From the UHGV virus genome UHGV-0369821: 40,113 nt of DNA, one strand, 5' to 3'. Shown one piece after another: positions 27,359 to 38,083 of the stretch. Each line of letters opens with the position of its first letter. Positions within the stretch are counted from its first letter, which is position 1. The DNA comes from a virus. A model generated the notes under the pieces. That model saw only the letters and a program-made list of their open reading frames with translations, was not told the DNA's origin and ran no database searches. The translations under genes were made by a program, and so were the position numbers.

Positions 27359-29317
27359 ATGGCGACCTACGACACAAGAGATATTAGGATGGGTGTTACC
27401 GGTTCGAATAAGGAGGGGTTGCTTCCTTCTCCGTCTAACAGGTACTTGCGCTCTACTTACGATACGGCGAGATATGTTCCTATCGGCAACGAGTTTGACA
27501 AGGAAAGCCGGGAAAGGGAGCTGGGTAATCTAGGAGAAGGTTTGTCCCTATGGGCCAAAGCACAGGCCGAGGTGGAGACGACTAACGACAGTATCCAGTC
27601 GAGGCGCATGGCGGCAGAGTACATGGAAGCCTCAACGCAGGTTTTCAACCAGTTGCAAAACGACCCAAGCACGATGAACAACCCTGCCGTGTGGCTGGAC
27701 GTGTACACGGAGGAAATGACATCAAGGATTGCGGAGATAAATAATAATTATTCTAAATCTTTTTATGTTGGTCGCAATCAACTCATGTCTAACGAGCAAC
27801 TTAATTTGCTGTTAAAAAAGGAGAAGAATAATGTGGCCCTGATGGCGGCAGACCGGGTATCAAAAATGGCTGCTGACGAGACAAACGCCTCCCTGAAAGT
27901 GGCAATAGCTAACAGGGATTTCGGACTGGCTAAGGAGATAAACCAAAGTCCCTACTTAACTCCTGCCCAAAAGATTTTGAATGAGAATGAAATCACTGGT
28001 GCTCAAACACAGGATATAATTCAGCAGTCAGTCTTGAGAGACCCGTGGGGCGTTGTAGAGGAAGTGAACAGGGATGGGTCCGCACAACGTCGAGAACTCA
28101 CCTATGAGCAACAGCAGTACGCAATGAATCAAGCGCAGGGGCAGATAAGCACGATTCAAAAGCAATCGTACGATTCTCTCGTACAGAAGTTTTTGTTTAA
28201 CCCGGAAGAGTTTGACTTGAACGTGGCAAACAAGTTGCTGAAAAACAACCATTTGACTACCCAGCAATACGTTAATCTTCTGAACATGAAGAAAAAAATG
28301 AGCGCCAAGGTAGAGCCGACGCCGATGCAGTTTAAGGCAATGTCGGAATGGGCAACGAAGCTGTCAGAGGGATATGCCAAGGAATCTCCCGAAGGCAAAG
28401 CAAATATCCTTTCGCAAGCCGAACGTCTTTTTGACAGCATGAATTTCAGCACCAGCGACAAGAATGCTCTGGTTAAGCTGGTAACGCAAAAGATTTCCCC
28501 TGAAACATTCAGTCAGGCAGACAAGCTGGTAGAGCAATTCTGGAATAATGGGCAGTTGCCCTTAACAACAACGGCTGATTATACCGGAACGCAGGGTGGG
28601 AAAACTCCGATTTATTTAACGGAGGCAGAGTTCAATACACAGTTCAAGGAGCGCAAGAACCAGTTTTTCCTAGATAAAAGCAGAACATATCTTGACCCTA
28701 AGACAGCAAAAAAACGTTTTGCTGTGATGGAGTATGTACCAAATGCCCAAAACATTTTAATACAAGATAGAGTAAAGAGCGAAGTCCGCTCTGCATTGAC
28801 GGATAAAATAGCCGAATATCGTGCGGAGAATGGTGGTAAGTCCCCGAATACCGAGGAACTGTACACAATGATTTATAACGCTCGCGCAGAAGTATTTGGC
28901 AATCAAAATATTAGAGCACTCAACCCTATCATGGACGGACCTGTTTTTCCGACAGGGCAACAGGCAGAAAAGGATGAGAGGAAGGCGACCTTTATTCCAA
29001 GAGAAAATAAGAAGTTTTCTTTCAGAGAGGATGGGCCGGTTGTAAATATCCCAGAGAACGATAAATTTATCTGCCTCTCTCCAAACGATGCTTTTGTGAC
29101 TGGCGAGAAAAACCCTCTTTTATTGCTCAAACAGGCGGGGCAATACCCGGTAGGATATGTGACGTTTGACCAGTCATATCTAGAAAAGCCCTCGGAAGGG
29201 ATGCAAGAAGTTGTTGCGAGAAGAAATGCCAAAGCTATTGCTGAAAAGGCGGGCCTTGCGGCGCAGAGCGAGCAAACCGTATATTGTGCTTTAATTGCAT
29301 ATTGGAACAGCTTATAA
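27359..29317 (+). CDS. internal virion (core) protein
   Basis: 652 aa, Q/N-rich. ATG follows the preceding TAA directly. Position is analogous to gp15. Confidence 0.5.
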   Translation: MATYDTRDIRMGVTGSNKEGLLPSPSNRYLRSTYDTARYVPIGNEFDKESRERELGNLGEGLSLWAKAQAEVETTNDSIQSRRMAAEYMEASTQVFNQLQNDPSTMNNPAVWLDVYTEEMTSRIAEINNNYSKSFYVGRNQLMSNEQLNLLLKKEKNNVALMAADRVSKMAADETNASLKVAIANRDFGLAKEINQSPYLTPAQKILNENEITGAQTQDIIQQSVLRDPWGVVEEVNRDGSAQRRELTYEQQQYAMNQAQGQISTIQKQSYDSLVQKFLFNPEEFDLNVANKLLKNNHLTTQQYVNLLNMKKKMSAKVEPTPMQFKAMSEWATKLSEGYAKESPEGKANILSQAERLFDSMNFSTSDKNALVKLVTQKISPETFSQADKLVEQFWNNGQLPLTTTADYTGTQGGKTPIYLTEAEFNTQFKERKNQFFLDKSRTYLDPKTAKKRFAVMEYVPNAQNILIQDRVKSEVRSALTDKIAEYRAENGGKSPNTEELYTMIYNARAEVFGNQNIRALNPIMDGPVFPTGQQAEKDERKATFIPRENKKFSFREDGPVVNIPENDKFICLSPNDAFVTGEKNPLLLLKQAGQYPVGYVTFDQSYLEKPSEGMQEVVARRNAKAIAEKAGLAAQSEQTVYCALIAYWNSL

Positions 29318-32300
29318 GACATTTATGCCTGATACATTAGACCCATTAAACTTGGCTACACCTCCGATAGATAGCGAACCTATTGGCGGTGATGCTTTAG
29401 AGGCACAGGCACAACAGGAAATGCAAGAGCAAATCGCTAATGAGGCTCAAGGCGTTTCTAATGGTGTTAATGAGGGGGCATGGGCAGAAAGGGCGTTAAG
29501 CCAGAAGCGGAAACTGCGTTCTGACTTGGATGAGTATTTGAAGCTTCAAGCACAGGCCACGCCTGATGATTCGCCAGAGTTTTTACAGGCTCTTTCCGAA
29601 AGGCGCAACCAACTAATCAATAGTGGCATAGACCCTGATTATGAGAAATATCGGGACAAGGTAGATAGAATTCAAGGCAAGATATACGCCATTACTCAAA
29701 ACATCAATCCCAAGACAGGGTTGTTTGGAGTTGTCCCCACAGAGGATGTTAAAGACAGCAGACTTGGAACACTTCTCACCGCAGAGCAAATTGGGTACTT
29801 TAACAGTCTCCCAAAAAGCATGCAGGATGAATTTCTCTTTGAGGGCATTGTTGAGACGTTCTTCCCGCAGGGCGGCATGGATAAGGTGACTGCATTGGGG
29901 TTGCTCAAGGAACACTACCAGACGGATTCCATGCACGGAGTTGTCAGCAAATACGCTCAAGAGCTTCAAAGGAACAAGGATGAGGAGACAGCATACAATG
30001 AAGCCTCTACCAGATTTTTCGATTCCTTTATAGAAACAGGAGGCGATTACCAGAAAGCAATCGACAGCTTGGAAGGCAATCTAAACCTGTATGCGGAAAA
30101 CATTTTCAACCAAGAACCTGCGCTTAAATACATTTACCAGCGTGCGTATAACTCCGTCTCATGGATTAAAGATGAATACATAGAAAGCGGAGAGCTGGAT
30201 TGGGACAAGATGGCAGACAGGTTGTTGAAGCTTGGGGAAGGAGAGACGTTCTCTCTAGCCATTCAGATGCTTCCCTACATGTTGCCCAAAGACGACAGGA
30301 CTTGGCTAACCCAAGCCATAGACGACACCGCCTCTGATGTCTCCCGCTTTGCTAGGCTCATGGTTGACGGAGGAGGTGATAGCGCCCAAGCAGAACGCCT
30401 TGCGTTGGCTATCCAGCAGGAATATCGTCAGGGCCGAGACATGCCTACATCGTGGATAGGGAGAGCTTTTAAGGCGGCGACAGACCAAGTTCCGAAGGTG
30501 GCGGCAGTAACCGGAAGCTCTCTTTTGGCTTCACCGGGTGGGCCTGTAGCAATGGCCGCCACAGGAACAGCTGTCGGCTCAATGGTGTATGGTTCAACGG
30601 TAGGTCTTGAGGCATATAGGACGAATTCTTCTAGGGCAGGAGCATTGACATATGGTGTTACTGTTGGGGCCTTGGAAGGTCTCCTTGAAAACGTAACTCT
30701 TGGCGTTGGTGCTTTGGCCTCCAAAGGTATTAAGGTGGCAGAGGCAGGTAGGAAAATGGCCTCTGTTGCCGGAAGAGTTCCCGCTACCGTAAGAGGTGCG
30801 GCGGCTGGTGCTTTGTCTGAATATACCCAAGAAGTCATTGCTGACCCAATTTATGTTGGATTGGAGAATGTAATGCGCTCTGCGGGGTTTGAGCTTACCC
30901 AGCAAAACACCCTTAAAAACTGGTGGGAAACATTGGACTTCACATCCCCTGAACTATTGGGGGCTACAGCCATTCTTGGAGGCTCCATTGGTGCTGTTGG
31001 GGGCTATCAAGCTAACCACCTCATCAACCGAGTAGGAAGAAGCGCTTCGGCTCTTCAAGCTTATGGTGTACCCGAATCGGAAGCTGTGGCTATTGCCGAA
31101 ATGCCAGACGGCAAGGAGCGCACAAACAGGCTTATATCGGCCCTTCGCAATAACCGGGTAAGCCCCGACGTGCAAATAACAAACCAGCAAGCGGGGATAT
31201 TCCTGAACTTTTTAGCTAAGAATGCAGAGAGGTTTAAGGATGTTGAGCTGATGCCGGAGATATCCGACAACGGGGACGGAACCTTTAATATTGTTGAGAG
31301 AGACCCGGTAAGTGGAGCTGAAAAAGTAACCACAGTAACAGACGAAATCGCAGGGACGTTCATGTCTCAAGCGTTGCAGTCAAATCCGGGATTTATCAGG
31401 GCATTAAATATTTTCGCCCAAGAAGAGATAGAGTCAGGGGTGGGCAAGGAGACGAAGATAAAGAGCTATACTCCTGACGAACTCCGAGCAAAAATCCAAT
31501 CCACAGAAGACAACAATGCAACTATAGCACGACTTAGGGCTTTGGCTGTAATTAACCAAGACCCGGAATTGTTGCAGAGTTTTCGTGATGGGAAAGTAAG
31601 TATTGAAGATGTAGCAAATGAGCTGGAAATTGTATCTGCATATAGAGATGGCACGATTGCTGTTGCGAGGGGTGAAGCGAATCCTCTCAATATTCTCGAA
31701 GAAATAATTCATGCCCGCGCCATATCTGATTTGGAGAGCGGCGTTATTTCCAGAGATGTTATTGAAACACAGGTAAGGAATTACTTGGAATTCTTGGGCC
31801 GCAGTAGCGAAGAAATAGGGGACTTGAGCAATGACGTTCTGTTGCAGGAGCATCTTGCCAATATGGGGAAAGCTTTAGCTACAACGCCAGAGTTGTTTTC
31901 CTCCATGCCGGGGAATGTTCAGACAATTTTGGAGTGGCAGAAAGACGCCATTGCGGAAGTCGGCAATATTTTTGAAGAAGGCAATCTGATAAGAGAAGCC
32001 ATTGAGCAGGGAGTTGTCTCTTCCGATTTTGTTAAATGGTCTAAATCGTTGGCGACAATGGCCGAGCGTCGTGATGGACAGGACGTTGGCGAGCTTATCA
32101 ATGGAGCAACGGGCGAAAACATTTTGCCGATGGGGAAAACTCTTCCTTCTGCGAGGAGGAGAGGAACAATAGATGTAACTCCTTCTATTAAAACCATTAA
32201 CGAAGCTATCAAGAGCATTGTTGAAGGGACATCGGAAAGGGCAGTAGGACAGCTTCATAAATTGCAGAGAAGCATGACCAAGCTTTCCGAAAGGTTTTCA

Positions 32301-35300
32301 CAAGGCAAGCTAACAGAGAGGGGACAGCAGAAAGCATTGCTGAACTCTGTCCTCTCTATCGCTAATGCTATGGCTTCGGGGAGCCGGAAGTTTATTTCTA
32401 ACCAACTTGCTGACAGGCTGGCTAATCCGAAAAGCAATGAGGCCTTCAATGCGGACATGAAAACAGCTCTTGATGCGACCGTTAGAGCGTTGAATGAAAG
32501 GGCAGAGGAAGCAAGCCGAAAGCAACTGGAACGTCTTATTCAGGACGAAATAAAGAGGCGTGTTGAACAAGCTGACGCTAAAGCTAAGAAGGATTTCAGC
32601 AGGGAAATGAAGTTCCTGCGTAGTCTTATCTCGAAAGAAATCCGCAAGGACATTAAGGAAGAAAGAGCAGAGGCGGCGGCAGAGAAGAAGCTTGCTACTA
32701 AAAGCATAGAGAGCTTGCGGAGGTTAGCGGAAAATGCCTTCAAAGACACTAAAGGACGTTCGCGTTCTTTAGACGCACAAGCTAGAGAGGAAACTATGGA
32801 CGCTCTGACGGTTATGGCTATGTCTCCCGAAGAGGTTGCAGTCCAGCTGGAAACCTTGGATAGCACCATAGATGAGCTTCAAAACCAGAAGGCATCAGAA
32901 GAGAATGCTCTAGAGTTGGAAAACTTGGAAAACCAAAAGAACCTCCTCGAGGTATTTGGGAGTGCGTTGTATCGGGAAAGGATGCCCAACGGAAGGTACA
33001 AATACGCACTTAATGCTCAACAGCTCGCAGAAGCGGTTAAGACACTGAAAGAGCTACAGCGAGAAGGACGGCTTCGGAGAAAGAAAGTTAATGAGCAGAT
33101 TGAGCGTTTCTATAACAAATTCAACGCAGTCATCAACGAGCGGGTAGGAGGGGAGAATAATCGTGATGCCCTTAGAAAGGCTGTATTGGAGCGAGACCAA
33201 AGAGGCACAGGCTTTTTGGACAGAATCTTTACAGGATTCATGAGCCTTCAACAGCTCCTTGAAGTTCTCTCTTCGATGAAAGACTTTAAGGATATAGGAA
33301 CGTTCTTGCAAAATAATGTTCAATACGCAGAACAACAGCGAGGAGTAGAGAAGGAAAAGGCTACGTCTCATGCCGTTCGTATCATGCGGGGAATGATGGA
33401 GAGAGCGGGGCAGAATTCGCCTAGGTATTTTGACCAGCTTTCCACCAAAACCATATCCTTCATGGGCCACGAATTAACCAAGTATGGCCTAGTCAAAGTC
33501 TATCAGACGTTAAGGGAAAAGGACGGCTTAGACGTATTGCGGGAAAACCTTGGCAACAAGGGCATGGATTTTGGCAATTATCGAAAATATCAGCAAGAGC
33601 TTGAGGCCTTAAACAAAGGCCTTGCTGATGGCGCCTTAACTTCCGAAGAGTATGACGCCAATGCGGAAGTTATTGAAAACGAATACCTTGAGAGAAAAGA
33701 AAAGGATATTTCCAAGCTTTTGGAAATCCTTGGTCCGGACGGCCTGTATTTAGCGGACGAACTGCAAAACCTGTATCGAGAAAAAGGTGAGAAGCTTCGG
33801 GCGTTCATGGCAGAGAACTATGGACAAACGGTAATTCTAGATGACTACTATACGCCCCGCAACATCGCGGCTTACAACACCATGCAAGAAGGCGACATGG
33901 AAAGTTACAGCAAGGGCCACATTTCAAGAACAGGATTACCCTCTTACGCGAAGCATAGAAACACGCCGTCTTCCGCAGCCTTGTCTTTGGAGATAAACCC
34001 TCTTGGAGAGTATCTTCGGTACAGCTCTATCATGGAAGGGTGGATGACAGCCTACGAACTAGTCAACTTCAACAACCGAGTTTGGGCTAATCCTACCACC
34101 AACGCACAGTTACAGAAATTATTAGGCCCTGCCAATTATGAGACGGCCAATAAAGACCTTTATTACTTCATCAATGAAGGCCGTGTGTATGCGCAAAAGA
34201 GTGTGTTGGCAGAGGTGATGGGGAAAGTGTTTCAAGTGTTAGCTAAGACTAGGATTGCCTTCTCTTTAGCTTCTTTGGTGCGCTCTGGGGCGGCTATATT
34301 CAACCCTCTTGTGGGAAGCAATTTCTCATCAATGGAAATCATTAGAGGGTTTGCAGGCATCGCTTCTGGGAACTATAAGGGGTTCTCGATTGAAGAGCTT
34401 AGGGACTTGGAAGCCATGAAGGAGCGCAAATACAGAGGATGGGAAGACCGTGTGCTGGCTGAAAAAGCATTAAGCATACCCCTGAAAAAACAAGCGCAAT
34501 GGGGATATTGGCAGGAAGCCGGCATGAGCGGGTTAATTGGTTTCGACTGGTGGAGTATTTCAAGGGCTAACATGCTAACGTCTCACATGCTTGCAAAGCG
34601 TGGTTTGTCACATGAACAGATAAGGTGGGAGCTTAATAAGAATATCTATCAGACAGCACAGCCTTTATCAACTTCGGCCAAAGCTTCGCACTTGTTAGGC
34701 GGTAGTGCTTTTGAGGCATCCCAATTCTTATTCCTTTCCGACGTAATGAACAAATTCGGCATGGTTGTAATGCAGGGCAAAAAGGGCGATTGGCTAGGCG
34801 CATTCCGAGTTTATACTATTGCGGCTATAGCTAATGGCCTTTTCAATGGTTTGGCAACTGCTTTGTTTGGAGACAAGGATAAAGAGGATGAATTTCTGGA
34901 CAACCTCTTCTTCACAGCCGTCCTAAGCCCGATAGTTTCAGTCCCGATGTTTGGAGGCTTTGCGGAATGGGTATTGTCCGAATTGAGCGGAAAACAATAT
35001 TCGCTTGGACGGGCTGACGTGGCTGACCTTTCAAGCACGATTCAGAACCTAGTCAGAAGTATTGTAAAAACATACGAAACAGTTTCAGAGAAATGGGATA
35101 AGGAAGGAGCTTTGACTTTCAATGATTACGCCGATATGGTTTCTTACTTAGGAAAGAACATTGGTAGTGTGGCGACTGTTTCAACTGCTTTTGGTTCTTC
35201 TGGACAGAGCGTAACTAAATCTCTGGAAATGGTAGGCGCATTGTCGAATGCCCTTTCTCAAGTGAAGACGACCGCTCAAAAGGCACTCCCGGAGCCAATC

Positions 35301-35471
35301 AACCCGCTTTATACGGAGAAGGAGGAAATGAAGGAAAGAGCGCGACAGCTCAAGAAAGCTAAGAGAGAAGCGAAGAGGGAAAACGGCGAAAGGTCAGCAA
35401 CCTACAGAAAACTTTCTAGGGAATTAAGACAAATAAACAAACTACTCAAGATTAGAGGCTGGGAAGACTAG
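29295..35471 (+). CDS. giant internal virion / ejection protein (2058 aa)
   Basis: Position is analogous to T7 gp16. Long coiled-coil-like E/K/R segments and a glycine/alanine-rich central segment (GSSLLASPGGPVAMAATGTAVGSMVYG). Confidence 0.55.
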   Translation: MHIGTAYKTFMPDTLDPLNLATPPIDSEPIGGDALEAQAQQEMQEQIANEAQGVSNGVNEGAWAERALSQKRKLRSDLDEYLKLQAQATPDDSPEFLQALSERRNQLINSGIDPDYEKYRDKVDRIQGKIYAITQNINPKTGLFGVVPTEDVKDSRLGTLLTAEQIGYFNSLPKSMQDEFLFEGIVETFFPQGGMDKVTALGLLKEHYQTDSMHGVVSKYAQELQRNKDEETAYNEASTRFFDSFIETGGDYQKAIDSLEGNLNLYAENIFNQEPALKYIYQRAYNSVSWIKDEYIESGELDWDKMADRLLKLGEGETFSLAIQMLPYMLPKDDRTWLTQAIDDTASDVSRFARLMVDGGGDSAQAERLALAIQQEYRQGRDMPTSWIGRAFKAATDQVPKVAAVTGSSLLASPGGPVAMAATGTAVGSMVYGSTVGLEAYRTNSSRAGALTYGVTVGALEGLLENVTLGVGALASKGIKVAEAGRKMASVAGRVPATVRGAAAGALSEYTQEVIADPIYVGLENVMRSAGFELTQQNTLKNWWETLDFTSPELLGATAILGGSIGAVGGYQANHLINRVGRSASALQAYGVPESEAVAIAEMPDGKERTNRLISALRNNRVSPDVQITNQQAGIFLNFLAKNAERFKDVELMPEISDNGDGTFNIVERDPVSGAEKVTTVTDEIAGTFMSQALQSNPGFIRALNIFAQEEIESGVGKETKIKSYTPDELRAKIQSTEDNNATIARLRALAVINQDPELLQSFRDGKVSIEDVANELEIVSAYRDGTIAVARGEANPLNILEEIIHARAISDLESGVISRDVIETQVRNYLEFLGRSSEEIGDLSNDVLLQEHLANMGKALATTPELFSSMPGNVQTILEWQKDAIAEVGNIFEEGNLIREAIEQGVVSSDFVKWSKSLATMAERRDGQDVGELINGATGENILPMGKTLPSARRRGTIDVTPSIKTINEAIKSIVEGTSERAVGQLHKLQRSMTKLSERFSQGKLTERGQQKALLNSVLSIANAMASGSRKFISNQLADRLANPKSNEAFNADMKTALDATVRALNERAEEASRKQLERLIQDEIKRRVEQADAKAKKDFSREMKFLRSLISKEIRKDIKEERAEAAAEKKLATKSIESLRRLAENAFKDTKGRSRSLDAQAREETMDALTVMAMSPEEVAVQLETLDSTIDELQNQKASEENALELENLENQKNLLEVFGSALYRERMPNGRYKYALNAQQLAEAVKTLKELQREGRLRRKKVNEQIERFYNKFNAVINERVGGENNRDALRKAVLERDQRGTGFLDRIFTGFMSLQQLLEVLSSMKDFKDIGTFLQNNVQYAEQQRGVEKEKATSHAVRIMRGMMERAGQNSPRYFDQLSTKTISFMGHELTKYGLVKVYQTLREKDGLDVLRENLGNKGMDFGNYRKYQQELEALNKGLADGALTSEEYDANAEVIENEYLERKEKDISKLLEILGPDGLYLADELQNLYREKGEKLRAFMAENYGQTVILDDYYTPRNIAAYNTMQEGDMESYSKGHISRTGLPSYAKHRNTPSSAALSLEINPLGEYLRYSSIMEGWMTAYELVNFNNRVWANPTTNAQLQKLLGPANYETANKDLYYFINEGRVYAQKSVLAEVMGKVFQVLAKTRIAFSLASLVRSGAAIFNPLVGSNFSSMEIIRGFAGIASGNYKGFSIEELRDLEAMKERKYRGWEDRVLAEKALSIPLKKQAQWGYWQEAGMSGLIGFDWWSISRANMLTSHMLAKRGLSHEQIRWELNKNIYQTAQPLSTSAKASHLLGGSAFEASQFLFLSDVMNKFGMVVMQGKKGDWLGAFRVYTIAAIANGLFNGLATALFGDKDKEDEFLDNLFFTAVLSPIVSVPMFGGFAEWVLSELSGKQYSLGRADVADLSSTIQNLVRSIVKTYETVSEKWDKEGALTFNDYADMVSYLGKNIGSVATVSTAFGSSGQSVTKSLEMVGALSNALSQVKTTAQKALPEPINPLYTEKEEMKERARQLKKAKREAKRENGERSATYRKLSRELRQINKLLKIRGWED

Positions 35472-35503
35472 CCAACAATCTTTAACCAAGACAACATTGA
35501 CCA

Positions 35504-36523
35504 ATGACTGCAAAAAAAAAGACAACCGCCCGTACAACCGGGCTAACTGGCAATCAGTTTGCTAGCGTTGAGCAAGGTCGTTCTTATGTTCTGTCAGTAA
35601 ACTCTCCCACTGGGGCAGGAGAGATAGAACTATTGGCGGCCGATAGCGACCAACAGAGCGAGTCGGATATGTTTAGCATGCTTTACGAGAAAATTGAAAC
35701 AGCTAGGCAAATCCCGTTTGTTGCAATTTCTCCCTTTGTTTTTGTAAACGTGGGGAGTAGCGATGTACAATGGCTGGTTACTCCGGCAAATTTTAGTATC
35801 GCCGTCCCCGGTGCGTCGTCCGGCGGCGGCTCAAGCTTTGACCCCGCTTCTGACCAAAACATTTCAGGGGATTGGACGTTTTCAGGCTTGTTAAAATCGG
35901 CTTCACAAGACCCGATAACAAATGAAAGCGTTCTAAATGCAGGTATGGCGGACAACCGCTATATGACACTTGATACCGAGCAAACGGTCCAAGGCAAAAA
36001 AAACTTTGAAGGGAATATAAAAATCCGGACTATTTCCAGCGATATTACCGATAAAGAGCCTACCAAGAAACTAACAATATGGACATTCCTTTGTAATAAA
36101 GGGAATATGGTTATTTATCAGTACACTACTACCTCATTAGTTGGTATTCAATCACCAGATTCAGGCGGCGGTTTTAATGTCGCCAAGAATGGAAATGTCA
36201 CTTGTGAAAATTCTTTGCTTGTTAGAGGGGGTACAACTATAAACTCCTTGGATGTGTCCGGGCCAGCAGAGTTTGATAATACCGTTACTGTAACTGCGGG
36301 GAATAAGTTCATAAGTTCTATTATCAGCCAAGAAGATTTGACTGATACAACGATTGCTCCTACGGGCACAAATGACCAAAGATATATCAAATATCTTTCA
36401 ATGACGGAAGCTGAATATAAGGCGTTGCAAACTAAATCTACTTCAACTATTTATTATCTAACCGACAAATCTATGTGGGCTATCGGTGACAAGGAAATTG
36501 TCACGTCGGATATGCCTGCGTAA
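35504..36523 (+). CDS. tail fiber / receptor-binding protein
   Basis: ISGDWTFSG...DNRYMTLDTEQTVQGKKNFEG resembles the phage tail-fibre repeat (D.RYv...GDTMTG). Position is at the end of the structural module. Confidence 0.55.
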   Translation: MTAKKKTTARTTGLTGNQFASVEQGRSYVLSVNSPTGAGEIELLAADSDQQSESDMFSMLYEKIETARQIPFVAISPFVFVNVGSSDVQWLVTPANFSIAVPGASSGGGSSFDPASDQNISGDWTFSGLLKSASQDPITNESVLNAGMADNRYMTLDTEQTVQGKKNFEGNIKIRTISSDITDKEPTKKLTIWTFLCNKGNMVIYQYTTTSLVGIQSPDSGGGFNVAKNGNVTCENSLLVRGGTTINSLDVSGPAEFDNTVTVTAGNKFISSIISQEDLTDTTIAPTGTNDQRYIKYLSMTEAEYKALQTKSTSTIYYLTDKSMWAIGDKEIVTSDMPA

Positions 36524-36553
36524 TAGCCCCCTCTCCCGATTTCGGGGGGGGGG
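36524..36553 (+). repeat. C-run / G10 homopolymer hairpin immediately after the tail fiber gene
   Basis: CCCCCTCTCCCGATTTCGGGGGGGGGG followed by a T-rich stretch. G10 at 36544-36553. Confidence 0.4.
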
Positions 36554-36633
36554 CATAACTCTTTTATAATAAAGCAATTATACAACAACTCTTCTCAACT
36601 ACCGCAATTAACAACGAACCAGAACTAGAACCA

Positions 36634-37062
36634 ATGTATTTGAAAGTCATTCCTCTAGTCGGCATCAATCAATATTCATCTAACTTAGCCACCCTTCCTG
36701 CGGACGCTCCTTCCGGTATTTACGAAGTAGCCTTTACAGGCAATAATCCGAGCTGCATGTACACAATTCGGGCATACAATCAAGGAGTAGGCTCAAATAG
36801 GCCTCAAACTATTCAACAGCTTGAGAATGCCAATCAACCTCTGATTGCTAACGGCGATTATCCTGACGTCTCTTTTTGGAGCTATGAGAACGAAACTGGA
36901 ACTTCTACTTTGGGAATCTCTTCCGGTAGTAACATTGTCCGAGCTTCGTGTTTCGTACACCACGTCCTCGGAGAAGAAACCAAGCTCGTAGAGCTAAGTT
37001 CCTCCGGCCAATTTACAGCGGAACAGGTAATTACAAATGTGGTAGTCAGGCAAATTGCCTAA
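36634..37062 (+). CDS. hypothetical protein (possible tail fiber accessory)
   Basis: 142-aa ORF after the tail fiber gene. Confidence 0.45.
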   Translation: MYLKVIPLVGINQYSSNLATLPADAPSGIYEVAFTGNNPSCMYTIRAYNQGVGSNRPQTIQQLENANQPLIANGDYPDVSFWSYENETGTSTLGISSGSNIVRASCFVHHVLGEETKLVELSSSGQFTAEQVITNVVVRQIA

Positions 37063-37453
37063 TATAATTTTCGTTATGATGGTGAAAATATTTTTTCAAG
37101 AGCTTGGTGAATATGATAAAGCCACATTTGTTTGTCTTCGACACAGCGATTGTCAAGACAAGACCCCAGAAGATTTGCCGGAGGATAAGCGAGAAGTATG
37201 GGAAAAACTCAAACAGGAACTTGCCTCATTAAAAGAGGATTGGATTGTCACGGAAGCTGTGCTTTTCCCGAGCCTTGATGAACCGACAGAAACGGTAGAA
37301 ATAAAAGTTTCTGCTAGACACGTCTCAATAGAACTTCCTGCGCCTCGCGTAGCTGTAAAAATTTTCACGTCACGCGAGATTCCTGCTCTAAAAAAGAAAG
37401 ACAAGGATTTGATGGAGTTCTTAAAATGGATAGCAGGAACAAAGTCAGAATAA
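37055..37453 (+). CDS. hypothetical protein
   Basis: 132-aa ORF with an 8-nt overlap to the upstream gene. Confidence 0.45.
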   Translation: MPNIIFVMMVKIFFQELGEYDKATFVCLRHSDCQDKTPEDLPEDKREVWEKLKQELASLKEDWIVTEAVLFPSLDEPTETVEIKVSARHVSIELPAPRVAVKIFTSREIPALKKKDKDLMEFLKWIAGTKSE

Positions 37454-37542
37454 ATACTCGACATGAACAACACTTCATCCTAGTATACCAACAGTTGCTA
37501 TTCCCGTAGCCACTGTATATAGGTGTTTCAATGTCATACGGA

Positions 37543-37577
37543 CAGGGCCTCTGTTAAAAGCGGAGGCCCTGTTTTTT
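37543..37577 (+). terminator. rho-independent terminator ending the structural operon
   Basis: Stem CAGGGCCTC / GAGGCCCTG with an 11-nt loop, followed by TTTTTT. Confidence 0.65.
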
Positions 37578-37590
37578 ATGCGTGTTCGGG

Positions 37591-37646
37591 CAACTTGTAA
37601 GGAAAGCTTACAAGTTGGATGAACTGTAAAGAAAAACTTTACAGTT
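37591..37646. promoter_or_regulatory. two adjacent perfect palindromes (operator-like)
   Basis: CAACTTGTAAG-gaaag-CTTACAAGTTG (37591-37617) and AACTGTAAAG-aaaaa-CTTTACAGTT (37622-37646). Half-sites are related and centres are about 30 bp apart. Confidence 0.5.
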
Positions 37647-38083
37647 GACCAAAGGCACAGGATTTGGTCTAATGCTCTTGGAAGAATTCTTTTCTTCTTT
37701 CGTTGTGCATATTCGAGCGGAGCAGCTTCGGGGTTTTTTCTCATGTTTTACCCGAAGCTGCTCTTCTTTTTTGTCTTGAAACAGGCCTGATGTAAAAAAT
37801 ATGTGTTGTATGACACAACTATAATTAACTAATAACCATATACTTATGTCACACAATGTTCCGTTTCGAGCGTTTTCGATGTCAAACTTTAGGCTTGATT
37901 TTTTGAGGGGTCAGTTGTTAAAATCTTGTTCAAGGAACAGGGCGGTTAAGTTGATTGTCTTCCTTTAACCTCTCCGGGGCTAGAAAGAAAAAGAGTTCGG
38001 ATATGGCAAGCATATCCTTCATGATTTTTCAAAAGTTTTGATTTACGCCTATCGGCTATGGAGCCAAACAAAGTTGTGGGCTT

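Noticed and set aside
37720-37773. Hairpin GAGCAGCTTCGGG / CCCGAAGCTGCTC followed by a T-run as a second terminator
   Set aside because: The 18-nt loop is long for an intrinsic terminator. Possibly a regulatory hairpin, but confidence is too low to list as a feature.
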